A DNA stretch of 64,000 nucleotides, from the NCBI GenBank assembly GCA_902614395.1, contig CACMKW010000001.1:164199-228198 (forward strand), written 5' to 3'. Numbering within the stretch: the first letter of the stretch is position 1; the number at the start of each line of letters is the position of its first letter. Below, piece by piece: positions 13,119-24,831 of this stretch. Origin of the DNA: an uncultured Alphaproteobacteria bacterium (lineage in GTDB: Bacteria; Pseudomonadota; Alphaproteobacteria; HIMB59; GCA-002718135). The notes beneath the pieces were generated by a model. The model saw nothing but the letters and a program-made list of their open reading frames with translations, was not told the DNA's origin and did not search any database. Both the position numbers and the translations under genes were made by a program.

Positions 13119-13483
13119 GCGAAAATCTAACAGCAATTGCTAAAGATAATATGGTAAGAATAAGTCCTACAAAACTAACGATTTTGGTTAATAGTATTGT
13201 AAATATGAAGGTTAGTTCAGCTATAAATCAATTAAAATTTTCTTCCAAAAGAGTATCTGGGATAATTTTAAAAGTACTTAATGCTGCAGTTGCAAATGCA
13301 GAAAATAATAAGCAACTGGACATAGACAAACTTTTTGTTAAAGAAGCCTTTGTAGGTAAAAGTTTAAGAATGAAAAGGTGGAGACCTCGAGCAAAAGGTA
13401 GAGCGGCTTCCATAATCAAACCATTTAGTAAAGTGACAATAGTTGTTGAGGAAAGAACAGAAATAAACAAGGAATCAAAATAA
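13115..13483 (+). CDS. rplV: 50S ribosomal protein L22
   Basis: [22 protein letters not shown]. Confidence 0.98.
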   Translation: MSENLTAIAKDNMVRISPTKLTILVNSIVNMKVSSAINQLKFSSKRVSGIILKVLNAAVANAENNKQLDIDKLFVKEAFVGKSLRMKRWRPRAKGRAASIIKPFSKVTIVVEERTEINKESK

Positions 13484-14160
13484 TGGGACAAAAAGTAAAT
13501 CCTTATGGCATCCGATTAGGTATCAATAAAACCTGGTCATCAAGATGGTTTTCCAAAAATGAATATACAAAGTTATTACATCAAGATTTGGAAATAAAAA
13601 AATATGTAGAAAAAAAATTAAAGAATGCAAGTATTTCAAAAATTAATATCGAAAGAGCCGCTAAAAAATTAAGACTATCAATCTATAGTTCAAGGCCTGG
13701 TATTATTATTGGAAAAAAGGGTGCAGATATTGAAACACTTAAAAATGATCTTTCTAAAATGTCTAATCTTGAAGTATTTCTTGATATAAAAGAAGTCAGG
13801 AAACCAGAAGTAGAAGCAAGATTAGTTGCAGAAAACATTGCATCTCAGTTAGAAAAAAGAATATCATTTAGAAGAGCAATGAAAAAAGCTGTGCAATCAG
13901 CAATGCGATTGGGAGCTAAAGGTGTAAAAGTCGTTTGCAGTGGAAGATTAGGTGGTGCAGAAATAGCTAGAACCGAAAAATATCACGAAGGCAGTGTGCC
14001 ATTACACACGCTTAGGGGTGATATAGATTATGCTACTGCAGAAGCAGAAACAACCTATGGGATCTGTGGAATAAAAGTTTGGATTAATAAAGGAGAAATT
14101 CTTTTAAAAGACCCATATGCAAGTGAGAAAAAACAGATTGATCAAGGGAGTGTTAGATAA
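13483..14160 (+). CDS. rpsC: 30S ribosomal protein S3
   Basis: [30 protein letters not shown]. Confidence 0.99.
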   Translation: MGQKVNPYGIRLGINKTWSSRWFSKNEYTKLLHQDLEIKKYVEKKLKNASISKINIERAAKKLRLSIYSSRPGIIIGKKGADIETLKNDLSKMSNLEVFLDIKEVRKPEVEARLVAENIASQLEKRISFRRAMKKAVQSAMRLGAKGVKVVCSGRLGGAEIARTEKYHEGSVPLHTLRGDIDYATAEAETTYGICGIKVWINKGEILLKDPYASEKKQIDQGSVR

Positions 14161-14576
14161 TGAATATGTTATCACCTAAAAAAACTAAATTTAGAAAACA
14201 ATTTAAAGGTAGAATTCATGGATCTTCTAAAGGTAACTACGCTCTTAATTATGGTAGTTTTGGCTTAAAGGCTATGGAGCCAGAAAGAGTTACTTCAAGA
14301 CAAATTGAAGCTGCAAGAAAAGCAATAACAAGATATTTGAAAAGAGCAGGTAGAATGTGGATTAGAATCTTTCCAGATGTTCCAGTATCAAAGAAACCAG
14401 CTGAGGTAAGAATGGGCAAAGGAAAAGGATCAATTGAATACTGGGCTTGTAGAGTTAAACCAGGGAGAATTATGTTCGAAGTGGATGGTGTAAATATAAA
14501 TGATGCAAGAAAGGCTATGACTTTAGCAGCTGCAAAACTTCCTATTAAATGTAAATTTGTTGAAAGAAATATCTAA
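14160..14576 (+). CDS. rplP: 50S ribosomal protein L16
   Basis: [25 protein letters not shown]. Start may be the second ATG at 14166. Confidence 0.98.
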   Translation: MNMLSPKKTKFRKQFKGRIHGSSKGNYALNYGSFGLKAMEPERVTSRQIEAARKAITRYLKRAGRMWIRIFPDVPVSKKPAEVRMGKGKGSIEYWACRVKPGRIMFEVDGVNINDARKAMTLAAAKLPIKCKFVERNI

Positions 14577-14770
14577 TGAATAAAAAAATTAACATAGATA
14601 ATAAAAAAATTAAGGATGAAATATTGAACTTAAAGAAAGCATTAATGAACTTAAATTTTCAAAAATCTTCTGGACAGTTAGAAAAAACATCTAGAATTAA
14701 AGATACAAAAAGGCAAATTGCTAGATTAAATTCAAAATTGTTAAATATAAAAGGAGTGAAGAATGCCTAA
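14576..14770 (+). CDS. rpmC: 50S ribosomal protein L29
   Basis: [20 protein letters not shown]; lies between rplP and rpsQ. Confidence 0.93.
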   Translation: MNKKINIDNKKIKDEILNLKKALMNLNFQKSSGQLEKTSRIKDTKRQIARLNSKLLNIKGVKNA

Positions 14771-15008
14771 AAGAATTTTATCAGGAGTAGTTGTTTCTTC
14801 AAACTCAAATAAAACTATTACTGTAGATGTAACTAGAAGAATTAAACACAAACTTTATAAAAAAATAATTAGACAAACAAAAAAATATCATGCTCACGAT
14901 GAGAACAATGAGTTTAATGTCGGGGATATGGTTTCAATAATTGAGTCTAAACCAATATCAAAGTTAAAAAAATGGAAAGTGATCTCAAACACAGGAGAAA
15001 AATCGTGA
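14763..15008 (+). CDS. rpsQ: 30S ribosomal protein S17
   Basis: [26 protein letters not shown]. Confidence 0.98.
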   Translation: MPKRILSGVVVSSNSNKTITVDVTRRIKHKLYKKIIRQTKKYHAHDENNEFNVGDMVSIIESKPISKLKKWKVISNTGEKS

Positions 15009-15373
15009 TTCAAATGCAATCAAAACTATTTGTTGCAGATAATTCAGGTGCAAGAACTATTCAATGTATAAAAGTCCTGGGAGGTTCTAAAAGAAGATCA
15101 GCCTCAATTGGTGACATAATTGTTGTCTCAATTAAGGATGCTTTACCTAGAGCAAAAGTAAAAAAGGGTGATGTGTATAAAGCAGTAATAGTTAGAACTT
15201 CAAAAGATTTTAAAAGACCTGACGGATCTGCAATTAGATTTGACAAAAATGCTGCAGTTCTACTTGATAAACAAGAAGAGCCAATCGCAACAAGAATATT
15301 TGGACCAGTAACAAGAGAGCTAAGAAGTAAAAAATTTATGAAAATAATAAGCTTAGCACCTGAGGTAATTTAA
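15005..15373 (+). CDS. rplN: 50S ribosomal protein L14
   Basis: Start revised to GTG 15005 ([16 protein letters not shown]), which overlaps the rpsQ stop as [14 protein letters not shown]. Confidence 0.98.
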   Translation: MIQMQSKLFVADNSGARTIQCIKVLGGSKRRSASIGDIIVVSIKDALPRAKVKKGDVYKAVIVRTSKDFKRPDGSAIRFDKNAAVLLDKQEEPIATRIFGPVTRELRSKKFMKIISLAPEVI

Positions 15374-15687
15374 TGAATAAAAAATTTAAATTAAAAAAAG
15401 GAGACGAGGTAATTGTTCTTGCTGGTAAAGATAAAGGTAAAACAGGAAAAATTATAAAGATGGTACCCAAACAAATGAAAGTAATTGTTTCAGAAATCAA
15501 TAAAGTTAAAAAGAACCAAAAACCAGACAATAATCAACCAGGTGGTATCATTGATAAAGAAATGCCTATACACATTTCAAATCTATCATTTTATGATCCT
15601 GAATTAAAAAAAGGTATAAGAATTGGCTATAAGCTTGATAAGAATAAGAAAATCAGAATTAATAAATCTTCGGGTAAGGAAATTTAA
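15373..15687 (+). CDS. rplX: 50S ribosomal protein L24
   Basis: [18 protein letters not shown] (KOW), PIHISN. Confidence 0.98.
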   Translation: MNKKFKLKKGDEVIVLAGKDKGKTGKIIKMVPKQMKVIVSEINKVKKNQKPDNNQPGGIIDKEMPIHISNLSFYDPELKKGIRIGYKLDKNKKIRINKSSGKEI

Positions 15688-16238
15688 TGAGTAGACTTTT
15701 AGAAGAATACAAAAATCAAATTAGGGAAGAATTAAAGTCTAAACTTGATCTTAAAAATATATTTGAAGTTCCAAAAATAAAAAAAATTACTTTGAATATA
15801 GGTGTTGGAGAAGGAAAAGATGATTCAAAATTAATTGATAAGGCTTTAGATGATCTAACTCTTATATCAGGTCAAAAAGCAGTTAAAACAATTTCAAAAA
15901 AAGCAATTTCAGGCTTTAAAATTAGGGCTGGAATGCCTCTAGGTGTGAAAGTTACACTCCGTAATAAAATTATGTATGAATTTCTTGACAGATTGGTAAA
16001 TATTGCAATTCCAAGAATAAGAGATTTTAGAGGTTTAAATATGAAAAGTTTCGATGGTAATGGAAATTTTTCTATGGGAATTAAGGAACATGTAATATTT
16101 CCAGAAATAAATTTTGATAAGGTAGACAAAGTTAGAGGTATGGATATTACTATTTGTACATCTGCAAAAAATAATAACGAGGCTTTAGAACTACTTAAAA
16201 GTTTTAATATGCCTTTTAAAGACAACCAGGTTAATTAA
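15687..16238 (+). CDS. rplE: 50S ribosomal protein L5
   Basis: [21 protein letters not shown]. Confidence 0.99.
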   Translation: MSRLLEEYKNQIREELKSKLDLKNIFEVPKIKKITLNIGVGEGKDDSKLIDKALDDLTLISGQKAVKTISKKAISGFKIRAGMPLGVKVTLRNKIMYEFLDRLVNIAIPRIRDFRGLNMKSFDGNGNFSMGIKEHVIFPEINFDKVDKVRGMDITICTSAKNNNEALELLKSFNMPFKDNQVN

Positions 16239-16246
16239 GGAGTAAA

Positions 16247-16552
16247 ATGGCAAAACTCAGTTCAGTGCAAAAAAATCTTTTTAGAAAAAAATTAATTAAA
16301 AAATTTAAATCTAAGAGAGATAGCCTTAAAGCTAAAATAAAAAATAAAAACATTTCTTTAGAAGAAAGAATTTCTTATCAAAATAAACTAAATGATCTTC
16401 CCAGAAATGGTTCATCTATTAGACATAGAAACAGATGTGAAATAACTGGTAGGCCAAGAGGAAACTATAGAAAATTTGGTTTATCTAGAATTAAACTAAG
16501 AGAGCTTTCAATGACTGGTGATTTACCAGGAGTTGTAAAGTCAAGTTGGTAG
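16247..16552 (+). CDS. rpsN: 30S ribosomal protein S14 (long, zinc-free type)
   Basis: [20 protein letters not shown]; 101 aa. Confidence 0.98.
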   Translation: MAKLSSVQKNLFRKKLIKKFKSKRDSLKAKIKNKNISLEERISYQNKLNDLPRNGSSIRHRNRCEITGRPRGNYRKFGLSRIKLRELSMTGDLPGVVKSSW

Positions 16553-16563
16553 GGAGGGGTAAT

Positions 16564-16962
16564 ATGGCTTTAAACGATTCACTTTCAGATATGCTAGCTA
16601 GAATTAAAAACGCTCATCAAGCAAATAAAGTATCAACTTTGTGCCTTAAATCAAAGTTAAACATGAATGTTCTAAGCGTTCTAAAGGATGAAGGTTATAT
16701 AAGAGATTTTAAAAATATCGAAGAGAGAAAAGGTATAAACTCTATAAAAATTGACTTAAAATATTATAATGGAAGTCCAGTAATTAAGAAAATAAAAAGA
16801 ATTTCAAAACCCGGTATTAGAAAGTATTCTAAAATTAGTGAGCTCAGTAAACCATATGGAGGGTTAGGAATATCTATTCTCTCAACTCCAAAAGGAGTAA
16901 TGTCTGATCATCAAGCTAAGAAAAACAATGTTGGTGGTGAAATTTTGTGTGAGGTATTTTAA
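16564..16962 (+). CDS. rpsH: 30S ribosomal protein S8
   Basis: Start revised to ATG 16564 behind GGGAGGGG SD. DMLARIKNA, ISKPG, LSTPKGVM, GGEILC. Confidence 0.98.
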   Translation: MALNDSLSDMLARIKNAHQANKVSTLCLKSKLNMNVLSVLKDEGYIRDFKNIEERKGINSIKIDLKYYNGSPVIKKIKRISKPGIRKYSKISELSKPYGGLGISILSTPKGVMSDHQAKKNNVGGEILCEVF

Positions 16963-17492
16963 TGTCAAGAATTGCAAATAACCCAATAAAAATTTCTAAA
17001 GAAGTAGAATGTGCATTCAGAGATGGAATTTTTTCAGCAAAAGGCAAGCTTGGACAGATGCAAACTAAAATAAATTCTAACTTTGATATCAATATAAACG
17101 AAGATGAAATAAAAGTTATTTCTAATATTGAAAATAATAAAGACCCTAACTGGGGAACAACAAGAGCCATTGTTGCAAACATTATTAATGGTGTAACAAA
17201 TGGTTTTACAAAAACTTTAGAATTAAACGGGACCGGATACAGAGCTAGTGTTTCTGGTTCTAAATTAAAACTAGAACTAGGTTATAGTCATGATATTAAC
17301 TTTGATATTCCTGCAGATGTAAAAATTGAATGTCCAAAACAAAACTTGATTAAGCTTAGTAGTATAAATAAGGAGAAGCTGGGTGCAGCTGCTGCTAAAA
17401 TTAGATCATTTAGAAAACCAGAACCATTTAAAGGTAAAGGAATAAAATATATTGATGAATATATTTTTAGAAAAGAGGGTAAAAAGAAATAA
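16962..17492 (+). CDS. rplF: 50S ribosomal protein L6
   Basis: MSRIA, LGYSH, PEPFKGKGI. Confidence 0.98.
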   Translation: MSRIANNPIKISKEVECAFRDGIFSAKGKLGQMQTKINSNFDININEDEIKVISNIENNKDPNWGTTRAIVANIINGVTNGFTKTLELNGTGYRASVSGSKLKLELGYSHDINFDIPADVKIECPKQNLIKLSSINKEKLGAAAAKIRSFRKPEPFKGKGIKYIDEYIFRKEGKKK

Positions 17493-17495
17493 TTT

Positions 17496-17828
17496 ATGAA
17501 AGATAGAAAAGAAAGAGTAAGATATAAATCTAAGAAAGTTTCTAAAAGAAATAGATTAAGTGTTTTTAGATCAAATAATCATTTATATGCCCAACTTATA
17601 GATGATATAAATGGTGTTACACTTGCAAGTTCCTCATCTCTTGAAAAATCAATTAAAGATAAAAAATTACAAAGAAAGGAAATTGCTGAATTAATTGGTA
17701 AAAATATAGCAAAAAAAATAATTTCTAAAGGAATAGATAAAGTTGCCTTTGATAGAGGTAAATATAAATATCATGGTTTAATTAAAATACTTGCAGAGTC
17801 AGCAAGATCTGAAGGTCTTAATTTTTAG
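17496..17828 (+). CDS. rplR: 50S ribosomal protein L18
   Basis: [28 protein letters not shown]. Confidence 0.98.
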   Translation: MKDRKERVRYKSKKVSKRNRLSVFRSNNHLYAQLIDDINGVTLASSSSLEKSIKDKKLQRKEIAELIGKNIAKKIISKGIDKVAFDRGKYKYHGLIKILAESARSEGLNF

Positions 17829-17836
17829 AGGTATGT

Positions 17837-18346
17837 ATGTTTGAGAATGACAAAAATGAATTTAGTGAACATCTAATAACAATTAATAGAGTTGCCAAAG
17901 TTGTTAAAGGTGGAAGAAGATTTGGATTTGCCGCTATAATGATAGTTGGTGATAACAAAGGTAGAGTAGGAATAGGGACAGGCAAGGCAAAAGAAGTACC
18001 TGAGGCTGTAAGAAAAGCTACAGAAAATGCTAAATCTAAAATGATTAGAGTTCACCTGAAAGAAAATAGAACTATTCATCATGATATTGTTGGACGTTTT
18101 GGAGCTGGAAAAGTAATTTTAAGAACAGCTGCACCGGGAACTGGTATTATTGCAGGGGGTCCTATGAGAGCACTTTTTGAGTCTCTTGGGATTAAAGATG
18201 TTGTAGCCAAATCTACTGGAACATCTAATCCACATAACATGTTAAAAGCAACATTAAATGCATTTAAAATATCTGAGTCACCAAAGTCAGTTGCTGCAAA
18301 AAGGTCAAAAAAAATAAATGAAATAACCTCTACTAAGAATAATTAA
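17837..18346 (+). CDS. rpsE: 30S ribosomal protein S5
   Basis: [21 protein letters not shown]. Confidence 0.99.
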   Translation: MFENDKNEFSEHLITINRVAKVVKGGRRFGFAAIMIVGDNKGRVGIGTGKAKEVPEAVRKATENAKSKMIRVHLKENRTIHHDIVGRFGAGKVILRTAAPGTGIIAGGPMRALFESLGIKDVVAKSTGTSNPHNMLKATLNAFKISESPKSVAAKRSKKINEITSTKNN

Positions 18347-18348
18347 TT

Positions 18349-18807
18349 ATGAAAATTAATGAATTAAAATCACCACCAAGCTCTAGTAAGCAAAATAAGA
18401 GAAGGGGAAGGGGTTCAGGTTCTGGACTTGGAAAAACAGCTGGAAGAGGTGTTAAAGGTCAAAAATCAAGATCCGGTGTTTCTATTAACGGTTTCGAAGG
18501 TGGACAAATGCCTATTTATAGACGCTTACCCAAAAGAGGTTTTAAAAATCACTTTAGAATAAAAACTCAAAGCATTAGTTTCACTATGATAAACAATATA
18601 ATCAAAAAATATAACCTTGATCCTTCTACAATTAAAGAAGAAGAACTATTTAACAAAAAAATTTTTAAAAGATCCAAAGGAAGTTTAAAACTTCTTAATA
18701 TCGGGGAACCAATTAAAACAACTAATTTAGAAATTTCTTATGCTTCCAAAAAGGCTGTAGAAGTTTTAGAAAAATTAGGTGGTAAAATTAAACTTACAAA
18801 GAAATAA
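18349..18807 (+). CDS. rplO: 50S ribosomal protein L15
   Basis: [35 protein letters not shown]. Confidence 0.98.
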   Translation: MKINELKSPPSSSKQNKRRGRGSGSGLGKTAGRGVKGQKSRSGVSINGFEGGQMPIYRRLPKRGFKNHFRIKTQSISFTMINNIIKKYNLDPSTIKEEELFNKKIFKRSKGSLKLLNIGEPIKTTNLEISYASKKAVEVLEKLGGKIKLTKK

Positions 18808-20148
18808 ATGGCAACAGCTGCAGACAGATTAGCTAATAACTTAAACTTTGGAGCTTTAGGAAAGGCAACTGAATTAAGACAAAGACTGTTATTTACTTTA
18901 GGTGCATTAATTGTATTTCGCTTAGGTACATTTCTACCAATACCAGGTATTAATCCATTAGCTTTACAACAATTTTTTGAACAACAATCATCTGGTATTT
19001 TAGGTATTTTTGATACATTTTCTGGCGGTGCACTTGGGAGAATGGGAATTTTTGCCCTCGGTGTTATGCCTTACATATCATCATCAATAATCATGACCTT
19101 AATGCAATCTGCAATTCCTTATTTAAAATCTTTAAAAGAACAAGGATCAAAAGGGAGAAGACAACTTCTACAATTTACAAGATATGTTACAGTTTTAATT
19201 GCAGCAGTTCAAGGATATGGAGTATCTATTGGTCTAGAATCAATGCAAACAACATATGGAAATATTGTTTTCGAACCTGGATTATTTTTTAGATTAACTA
19301 CAGTAATAACTCTTGTAGGTGGAACAATTTTCCTCATGTGGTTGGGTGAACAAATTTCTTCAAGAGGTGTAGGAAATGGAATTTCACTAATTATAACTGC
19401 AGGAATAATTGCTAATCTCCCGAGTGCATTTGTTAGTACTTTACAATTAGGTAGAACTGGAGAATTAAGTATTGCATTTATTTTAGGAATATTAATCCTT
19501 ATACTTCTTTTGATTATATTTATTGTTTTTGTTGAAAAAGCTCAAAGACGTTTACCAGTTCAATATCCAAAAAGACAAGTTGGAAATAAAATTTATGGCG
19601 GTCAAAGTTCACATTTGCCATTAAAAATCAATACCGCAGGTGTTATTCCTGTTATTTTTGCATCATCTATTCTTCTTCTTCCAAATACTATGTCTGGATT
19701 TGGTGCCGGATCCTCAAGCGAAATTTTTATTTTAATCTCAAGTTATTTAGGAAGAGGTCAACCATTGTATTTAGCATTGTATGCAGCAATGATAATATTT
19801 TTTGGGTTTTTCTATACATCTATTGTCTTTAATCCAGATGAACAAGCAGAAAACCTGAGAAAATATGGAGGTTTTATTCCAGGTATAAGACCAGGAGAAA
19901 ATACAGCAAAATATATAGAATTTGTTTTGATAAGACTAACCACTATAGGAACTATTTATTTAACATTTGTAGCTCTTTTGCCGGAATTCCTATTATCAAG
20001 AACTTCAATACCTTTTTATCTTGGAGGCACAGCATTATTAATTGTAGTTGTAGTAATGATAGACTTTATTACCCAAGTACAATCACATCTGTTTCAACAT
20101 CAATATGAAGGATTGCTTAAAAAAACCAAGTTAAAAGGCAGAAGGTAG
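18808..20148 (+). CDS. secY: Preprotein translocase SecY
   Basis: Multiple TM segments; FALGVMPYI, GVGNGISL, FIPGIRPG. Confidence 0.99.
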   Translation: MATAADRLANNLNFGALGKATELRQRLLFTLGALIVFRLGTFLPIPGINPLALQQFFEQQSSGILGIFDTFSGGALGRMGIFALGVMPYISSSIIMTLMQSAIPYLKSLKEQGSKGRRQLLQFTRYVTVLIAAVQGYGVSIGLESMQTTYGNIVFEPGLFFRLTTVITLVGGTIFLMWLGEQISSRGVGNGISLIITAGIIANLPSAFVSTLQLGRTGELSIAFILGILILILLLIIFIVFVEKAQRRLPVQYPKRQVGNKIYGGQSSHLPLKINTAGVIPVIFASSILLLPNTMSGFGAGSSSEIFILISSYLGRGQPLYLALYAAMIIFFGFFYTSIVFNPDEQAENLRKYGGFIPGIRPGENTAKYIEFVLIRLTTIGTIYLTFVALLPEFLLSRTSIPFYLGGTALLIVVVVMIDFITQVQSHLFQHQYEGLLKKTKLKGRR

Positions 20149-20149
20149 A

Positions 20150-20722
20150 TTGAAAAAAATAATTTTTTTTGGCCCCCCAGGAGCAGGAAAGGGTACACAG
20201 GCTAAAATAATCTCAAAGTTTTTAAATATTTCTCATCTTTCAACAGGTGACATCTTAAGAAAAAAATTGTTAGATAATGATGATTTAGCAAAAAAATTGC
20301 AATCAATTATGTCTTCAGGTAATTTAGTTTCAGATGATATTCTTAATTCTATTGTATCTTCAAGGTTAAAAAATGAAACAAATAAAGGTTTTATACTAGA
20401 TGGTTACCCACGAACTTTAGCACAATCTGAATTTCTAAATAATTTTTTTTTAGAGACTTCTACATCTTTAGATTATATTTTTGATATTCAAATAAATTTT
20501 GAAATACTTAAAAGTAGAATTGTAAAAAGATCCTTAGAAGAAGGCAGAGAGGACGATAATATAAATGTTATAGAAACAAGATATAATGAATATATTAATT
20601 CTACTCAGAAAGTTTCAAATATTTACAAAGACAATTATTCATCTATTTTTTATGAAATAGATGGATCTCGACAAATTCAAGAAATAACTAATAAAATTAA
20701 AGATATTTTAAAAAAATCATGA
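20150..20722 (+). CDS. adk: Adenylate kinase (short LID type)
   Basis: GPPGAGKGTQA, LSTGDILR, LDGYPRT; TTG start. Confidence 0.97.
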   Translation: MKKIIFFGPPGAGKGTQAKIISKFLNISHLSTGDILRKKLLDNDDLAKKLQSIMSSGNLVSDDILNSIVSSRLKNETNKGFILDGYPRTLAQSEFLNNFFLETSTSLDYIFDIQINFEILKSRIVKRSLEEGREDDNINVIETRYNEYINSTQKVSNIYKDNYSSIFYEIDGSRQIQEITNKIKDILKKS

Positions 20723-20751
20723 AAAACAGCCAAATTTTCATATATCTTTTC

Positions 20752-20781
20752 TTGACTAATTGCATGATTATCATGTATTCA
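20752..20781 (+). promoter_or_regulatory. Putative promoter of alpha operon
   Basis: TTGACT(20752-20757)-N18-TATTCA(20776-20781). Dyad CATGAT-T-ATCATG lies in the spacer. Confidence 0.4.
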
Positions 20782-20809
20782 CCCTCATTCATTTTTTTTG
20801 GATATCAGT

Positions 20810-21190
20810 ATGGCTAGAATCTCAGGTGTTAACATTCCTACAAATAAGAAGGTAAATATAGCGCTTACATATATTTTTGGAATAGGGAAAAAGATTGCTA
20901 TGGATATTTGTAATAATGCTTCAATAGATACTACTAAACGTGTTAGCGAACTAAATGAAGAAGAGGTAAATAAAATAAGAGATTTAATTGACAAAGATTA
21001 TTCTGTAGAAGGTGATTTAAGGCGAAAAATATCCTTAGATATAAAAAGACTTAATGATTTAGGTTGTTATAGAGGTCTTCGTCATCGAAAAAAATTACCT
21101 GTTAGAGGACAAAGAACACATACTAATGCCAGAACTAGAAAAGGTAAAGCAGTCGCTATTGCAGGAAAGAAAAAAGTTACAAAAGGCTAA
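20810..21190 (+). CDS. rpsM: 30S ribosomal protein S13
   Basis: Start revised to ATG 20810 ([10 protein letters not shown]). [17 protein letters not shown]. Confidence 0.99.
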   Translation: MARISGVNIPTNKKVNIALTYIFGIGKKIAMDICNNASIDTTKRVSELNEEEVNKIRDLIDKDYSVEGDLRRKISLDIKRLNDLGCYRGLRHRKKLPVRGQRTHTNARTRKGKAVAIAGKKKVTKG

Positions 21191-21191
21191 A

Positions 21192-21572
21192 ATGGTAGAG
21201 AAAAAAAAATCAAAAATCAAAAAAAAATTCTCTTCTGGTGTAGCACATATAGTTTCTTCATTTAACAATACTATTATTACAATTACTGATGATAAAGGCA
21301 ATGCATTAGCGTGGTCTTCCTCAGGACATAAAGGTTTTAAAGGATCAAGAAAGTCTACACCTTATGCTGCTCAAATAGCAGCAGAAGATGTGGGTAACAA
21401 AGCAAAAGAATATGGTTTAAAAAATCTTAAGGTAGAAGTATCAGGTCCAGGTTCAGGACGAGAGTCTGCTCTAAGATCATTACAATCTATTGGTTACGTG
21501 ATTACTTCTATCAAAGATGTAACTCCTATACCTCATAATGGTTGTAGGCCAAGAAAAAGAAGAAGAGTTTAA
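21192..21572 (+). CDS. rpsK: 30S ribosomal protein S11
   Basis: Start revised to ATG 21192. [26 protein letters not shown]. Confidence 0.99.
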   Translation: MVEKKKSKIKKKFSSGVAHIVSSFNNTIITITDDKGNALAWSSSGHKGFKGSRKSTPYAAQIAAEDVGNKAKEYGLKNLKVEVSGPGSGRESALRSLQSIGYVITSIKDVTPIPHNGCRPRKRRRV

Positions 21573-21587
21573 AAAAGGAGTATTGAG

Positions 21588-22610
21588 GTGTTACAAAAAA
21601 ACTGGAGTGAATTAATTAAACCAACAAAGATGGAAGTCAATGTAGATGAAAGTAACGGAAGAATTGGTAAGCTTATAGCTGAACCTTTGGAAAGGGGATT
21701 TGGGTTAACATTAGGCAACTCAATTAGAAGGGTTTTATTATCTTCTTTACAAGGGGCTGCTATCACTTCAGTTAAAATTAAAGGTGTTGTGCATGAATTT
21801 TCTACAATTCCTGGAGTTAAAGAAGATTTAACAGATATACTTTTAAATTTAAAATCAATAGCTGTGAAAGTACATTCACCTGGTTTAAAAAAAATGTATA
21901 TTAAATCATCAGGCTCTGGTGAAATTAGAGCAGGTAATTTTGAAACTGACTCAGAAACTGAAATTATGAATCCAGATCAGATAGTTATGACACTTGATTC
22001 TAATGCTGATGTAGAAATTGAAGCAAATATTGAAACAGGAAAGGGTTATGTTACCGCAGAAGTTGCTGAAGATGAAAATAAAAATATTGGAGAAATTAAG
22101 TTAGACGCAATGTTTAGTCCTGTTGTGAAAGCTTCCTATAAAATCGAGAACAGTAGGGTTGGCCAAGTAACTGATTTTGATAAGTTAGTTTTTGATGTTG
22201 AAACTAACGGTGCAATTTCACCCGATGATGCTATAGCTTTAGCGGCAAGAATTTTACAGGATCAGCTTCAACCATTTATTAATTTTGACGAACCTGAAGT
22301 ACTACCTGATCAATCTTCAGCAGAAAACTTATCATTTAATTCAAATCTATTAAAAAAAGTAGAAGAGTTAGAGTTATCTGTTAGATCTGCAAATTGCCTG
22401 AAAAACGACAATATAATTTATATTGGTGATCTAGTTCAAAAATCTGAGTCAGAGATGCTTAGAACTCCTAATTTTGGAAGAAAATCTTTAAATGAAATTA
22501 AAGAGGTACTTCAACAAATGGAACTTAATTTGGGTATGTCAGTTCCTGATTGGCCACCTGAAAATATTGATGATTTAGCAAAAAAATATGAGGATCCATT
22601 TAACAAGTAA
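21588..22610 (+). CDS. rpoA: RNA polymerase alpha subunit
   Basis: [34 protein letters not shown]. Confidence 0.99.
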   Translation: MLQKNWSELIKPTKMEVNVDESNGRIGKLIAEPLERGFGLTLGNSIRRVLLSSLQGAAITSVKIKGVVHEFSTIPGVKEDLTDILLNLKSIAVKVHSPGLKKMYIKSSGSGEIRAGNFETDSETEIMNPDQIVMTLDSNADVEIEANIETGKGYVTAEVAEDENKNIGEIKLDAMFSPVVKASYKIENSRVGQVTDFDKLVFDVETNGAISPDDAIALAARILQDQLQPFINFDEPEVLPDQSSAENLSFNSNLLKKVEELELSVRSANCLKNDNIIYIGDLVQKSESEMLRTPNFGRKSLNEIKEVLQQMELNLGMSVPDWPPENIDDLAKKYEDPFNK

Positions 22611-22615
22611 AAAAA

Positions 22616-23053
22616 ATGAAACACAATATTAAAAATAAAAAACTCAACAAAACTTCTTCTCATAGAAAGGCAATGTTTATGAATATGTCTAATGCACTAA
22701 TTAAGCATGAGCAGATAACTACTACTTTAGCAAAAGCTAAAGAGCTGAGGAGATTTGTTGAGAAAATTGTTACTTTAGGAAAAAAAGGTGATTTAATCTC
22801 TCGAAGAAAAACTATTTCTATCCTTCAAGACAATAAAATGACTAAAAAAGTTTTTGATGTCTTAGCTGATAGATACAAAAATAGATCTGGTGGTTACACT
22901 CGAATTATTAAATTGGGTAATAGATTTGGTGATAATGCACCTACAGCAGTTATTGAGTTAGTAGACCGAGACGAAAACGCAAAAGGTATTGATAGTGGTC
23001 CTGTTTTAGAAAAAAAATCTACTGAAGAATTAGAAGAACAACCCCAAGCTTAA
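22616..23053 (+). CDS. rplQ: 50S ribosomal protein L17
   Basis: [26 protein letters not shown]. Confidence 0.99.
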   Translation: MKHNIKNKKLNKTSSHRKAMFMNMSNALIKHEQITTTLAKAKELRRFVEKIVTLGKKGDLISRRKTISILQDNKMTKKVFDVLADRYKNRSGGYTRIIKLGNRFGDNAPTAVIELVDRDENAKGIDSGPVLEKKSTEELEEQPQA

Positions 23054-23132
23054 ATATAATTTTAACTGATATTTTATTTACTTTTTATGTATAATATCTG
23101 CTTATTAGCAAAATTATTAGATCAGTTTTCAT

Positions 23133-24047
23133 TTGATTAAAAACATAAAAATCTTAAATAATTTTAACCAAAGATTAGATAAATATCTTAGGCTTAAATA
23201 TTCGTCTCTGACGCAAGGGTTTATAGAAAAAAATATTAGAAAAAAAAATATTTTAATAAATAACAACAGTACCAAAGCAAACTATCTTGTTAAGCTGAAT
23301 GATGAACTTAAAATATTAAATTTTCATGAAAAGCTTTATAAAAATAAGATAATTTTCAAAAAAAATATAAAAATATCTAAAGAAATTCTTACAAAATTTA
23401 AAAGATCGATAATATTTGAAAACAATGATTTTATTGTTTTAAATAAATGGTCACAAATAGCAACTCAAGGCGGAAGTAAAATACAAACTTCAATAGATCA
23501 TATAATCACAAATATTAATTTACAATATAGATTAGTGCATCGACTAGACAAAGAAACATCAGGACTTCTTTTAATTGCTAAAAATCTTGATTACGCAAAA
23601 AAACTATCTTATCTTTTTAAACAAAAAGAAATTATTAAATATTATATTGCTTTATGTGAAGGAAATCCTAAAAATGTTTTTTCTCAAGTGCAATTAGAAA
23701 TAAAAAATAAAAAACTTAAAATTGAAAATACTTTAACCAACTATAAACTAGTAAATAAAAATAGAGGAATTTCTTCAATTTTATTTAATCCTCAAACTGG
23801 TAAAACTCATCAACTTAGAATAGTATCTAAAAATCTTGGGTGTCCAATAGTTGGTGATAACAAATATAATATTAATTCAAAGTATTCAAAGGAAAATTTG
23901 ATGTTACATGCATTTGCTTTAAAATTTCAAATAAATACTCAGAAGTTTGAATTTATTTCAAAATTGCCAGATTATTTTCTGAACTTTATAAAAAAAAATA
24001 ATCTAAAAATTAGTAAAGATTTAAAAGAGCTTTTAAATATTTTTTAA
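23133..24047 (+). CDS. RluA/RluC-family 23S rRNA pseudouridine synthase
   Basis: N-terminal S4-like QRLDKYL, catalytic HRLDKETSG, GKTHQLR, PIVGD, LHA. Confidence 0.92.
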   Translation: MIKNIKILNNFNQRLDKYLRLKYSSLTQGFIEKNIRKKNILINNNSTKANYLVKLNDELKILNFHEKLYKNKIIFKKNIKISKEILTKFKRSIIFENNDFIVLNKWSQIATQGGSKIQTSIDHIITNINLQYRLVHRLDKETSGLLLIAKNLDYAKKLSYLFKQKEIIKYYIALCEGNPKNVFSQVQLEIKNKKLKIENTLTNYKLVNKNRGISSILFNPQTGKTHQLRIVSKNLGCPIVGDNKYNINSKYSKENLMLHAFALKFQINTQKFEFISKLPDYFLNFIKKNNLKISKDLKELLNIF

Positions 24048-24680
24048 TTTTTCTATAAAAATTTTTACAAATTCATTATCAAATTCAGACTGTTCTAATT
24101 TTATGCCTAATTCTTCCATTGAAGTATTTTGATACTCTTTTAAACCACAGGAATGAATATAATTGTAATATTTAAGATCAGGATTAATATTAAAACTTAA
24201 TCCATGGTATGTAATCCATTTTTTAATTCGTAGTCCAATTGCACCAATTTTTTTTTCTTTATCGAATGAAATGTTGTTATTTTTAGTTACCCAAATACCT
24301 ACCCTATCCTTAAAAGCTTGCGCTTCAATATTATAGTTTGCTAAAAAGGAAATAAGAGAATTTTCAATTATGGTAATAAATTTTCTAATATCTTTATTTT
24401 TATTATTTAAATTCAACATAAAATAAACAATTCTTTGACCAGGACCATGATATGTTGTTTTACCTCCACGACTGGATTTTATAACTTCAATAACATTCGA
24501 ATTTAAAATCTCATCTTTTGATGCACTTGTTCCTTGAGTAAAAATATGGTTATGGTTTAAAAACCACAATAATTCTTTCGATTTGTTATTAATTATATCA
24601 AGAACTCTGGATTCCATGTACATCACCGCTTCTTCATAATCTATTTCATTATTAGATATTTTAATTTCAATCTTTTTCAT
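24033..24680 (-). CDS. lipB: Lipoyl(octanoyl) transferase
   Basis: RGGKTTYHGPGQ, KIGAIG, HGLSFN, SCGL. Confidence 0.96.
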   Translation of the reverse strand: MKKIEIKISNNEIDYEEAVMYMESRVLDIINNKSKELLWFLNHNHIFTQGTSASKDEILNSNVIEVIKSSRGGKTTYHGPGQRIVYFMLNLNNKNKDIRKFITIIENSLISFLANYNIEAQAFKDRVGIWVTKNNNISFDKEKKIGAIGLRIKKWITYHGLSFNINPDLKYYNYIHSCGLKEYQNTSMEELGIKLEQSEFDNEFVKIFIEKLKNI

Positions 24681-24738
24681 CTGTATTTAACTTTATTGAT
24701 AGTTAATATCCTATCTGATATTTAATTCTACTATATAT

Positions 24739-24825
24739 GCGGCTGTGGCGGAATTGGTATACGCGCAGCGTTGAGGTCGCTGTGGGATTTATCCTGTGGA
24801 AGTTCAAGTCTTCTCAGCCGCACCA
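24739..24825 (+). tRNA. tRNA-Leu (anticodon GAG)
   Basis: Acceptor GCGGCTG/CAGCCGC plus ACCA end. D-loop GGAATTGGTA. Anticodon stem CAGCG-TTGAGGT-CGCTG, long variable arm, T-loop GTTCAAGT; 87 nt. Confidence 0.96.
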
Positions 24826-24831
24826 ATTTGT

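Noticed and set aside
20723-21587. Absence of map, infA, rpmJ and rpsD from the spc/alpha region
   Set aside because: This is the normal alphaproteobacterial arrangement (secY-adk-rpsM-rpsK-rpoA-rplQ).
23054-23132. Possible structured RNA between rplQ and the RluA-family gene (AACTGAT...ATCAGTT)
   Set aside because: The AT-rich pairings are weak and expected by chance. More likely a simple promoter region (TATAAT at 23090).
24796-24831. ORF-track N-terminal extension of mgtE (MEVQVFSAAPIC)
   Set aside because: It lies inside the tRNA-Leu T arm and acceptor stem. The real start is probably ATG 24832.
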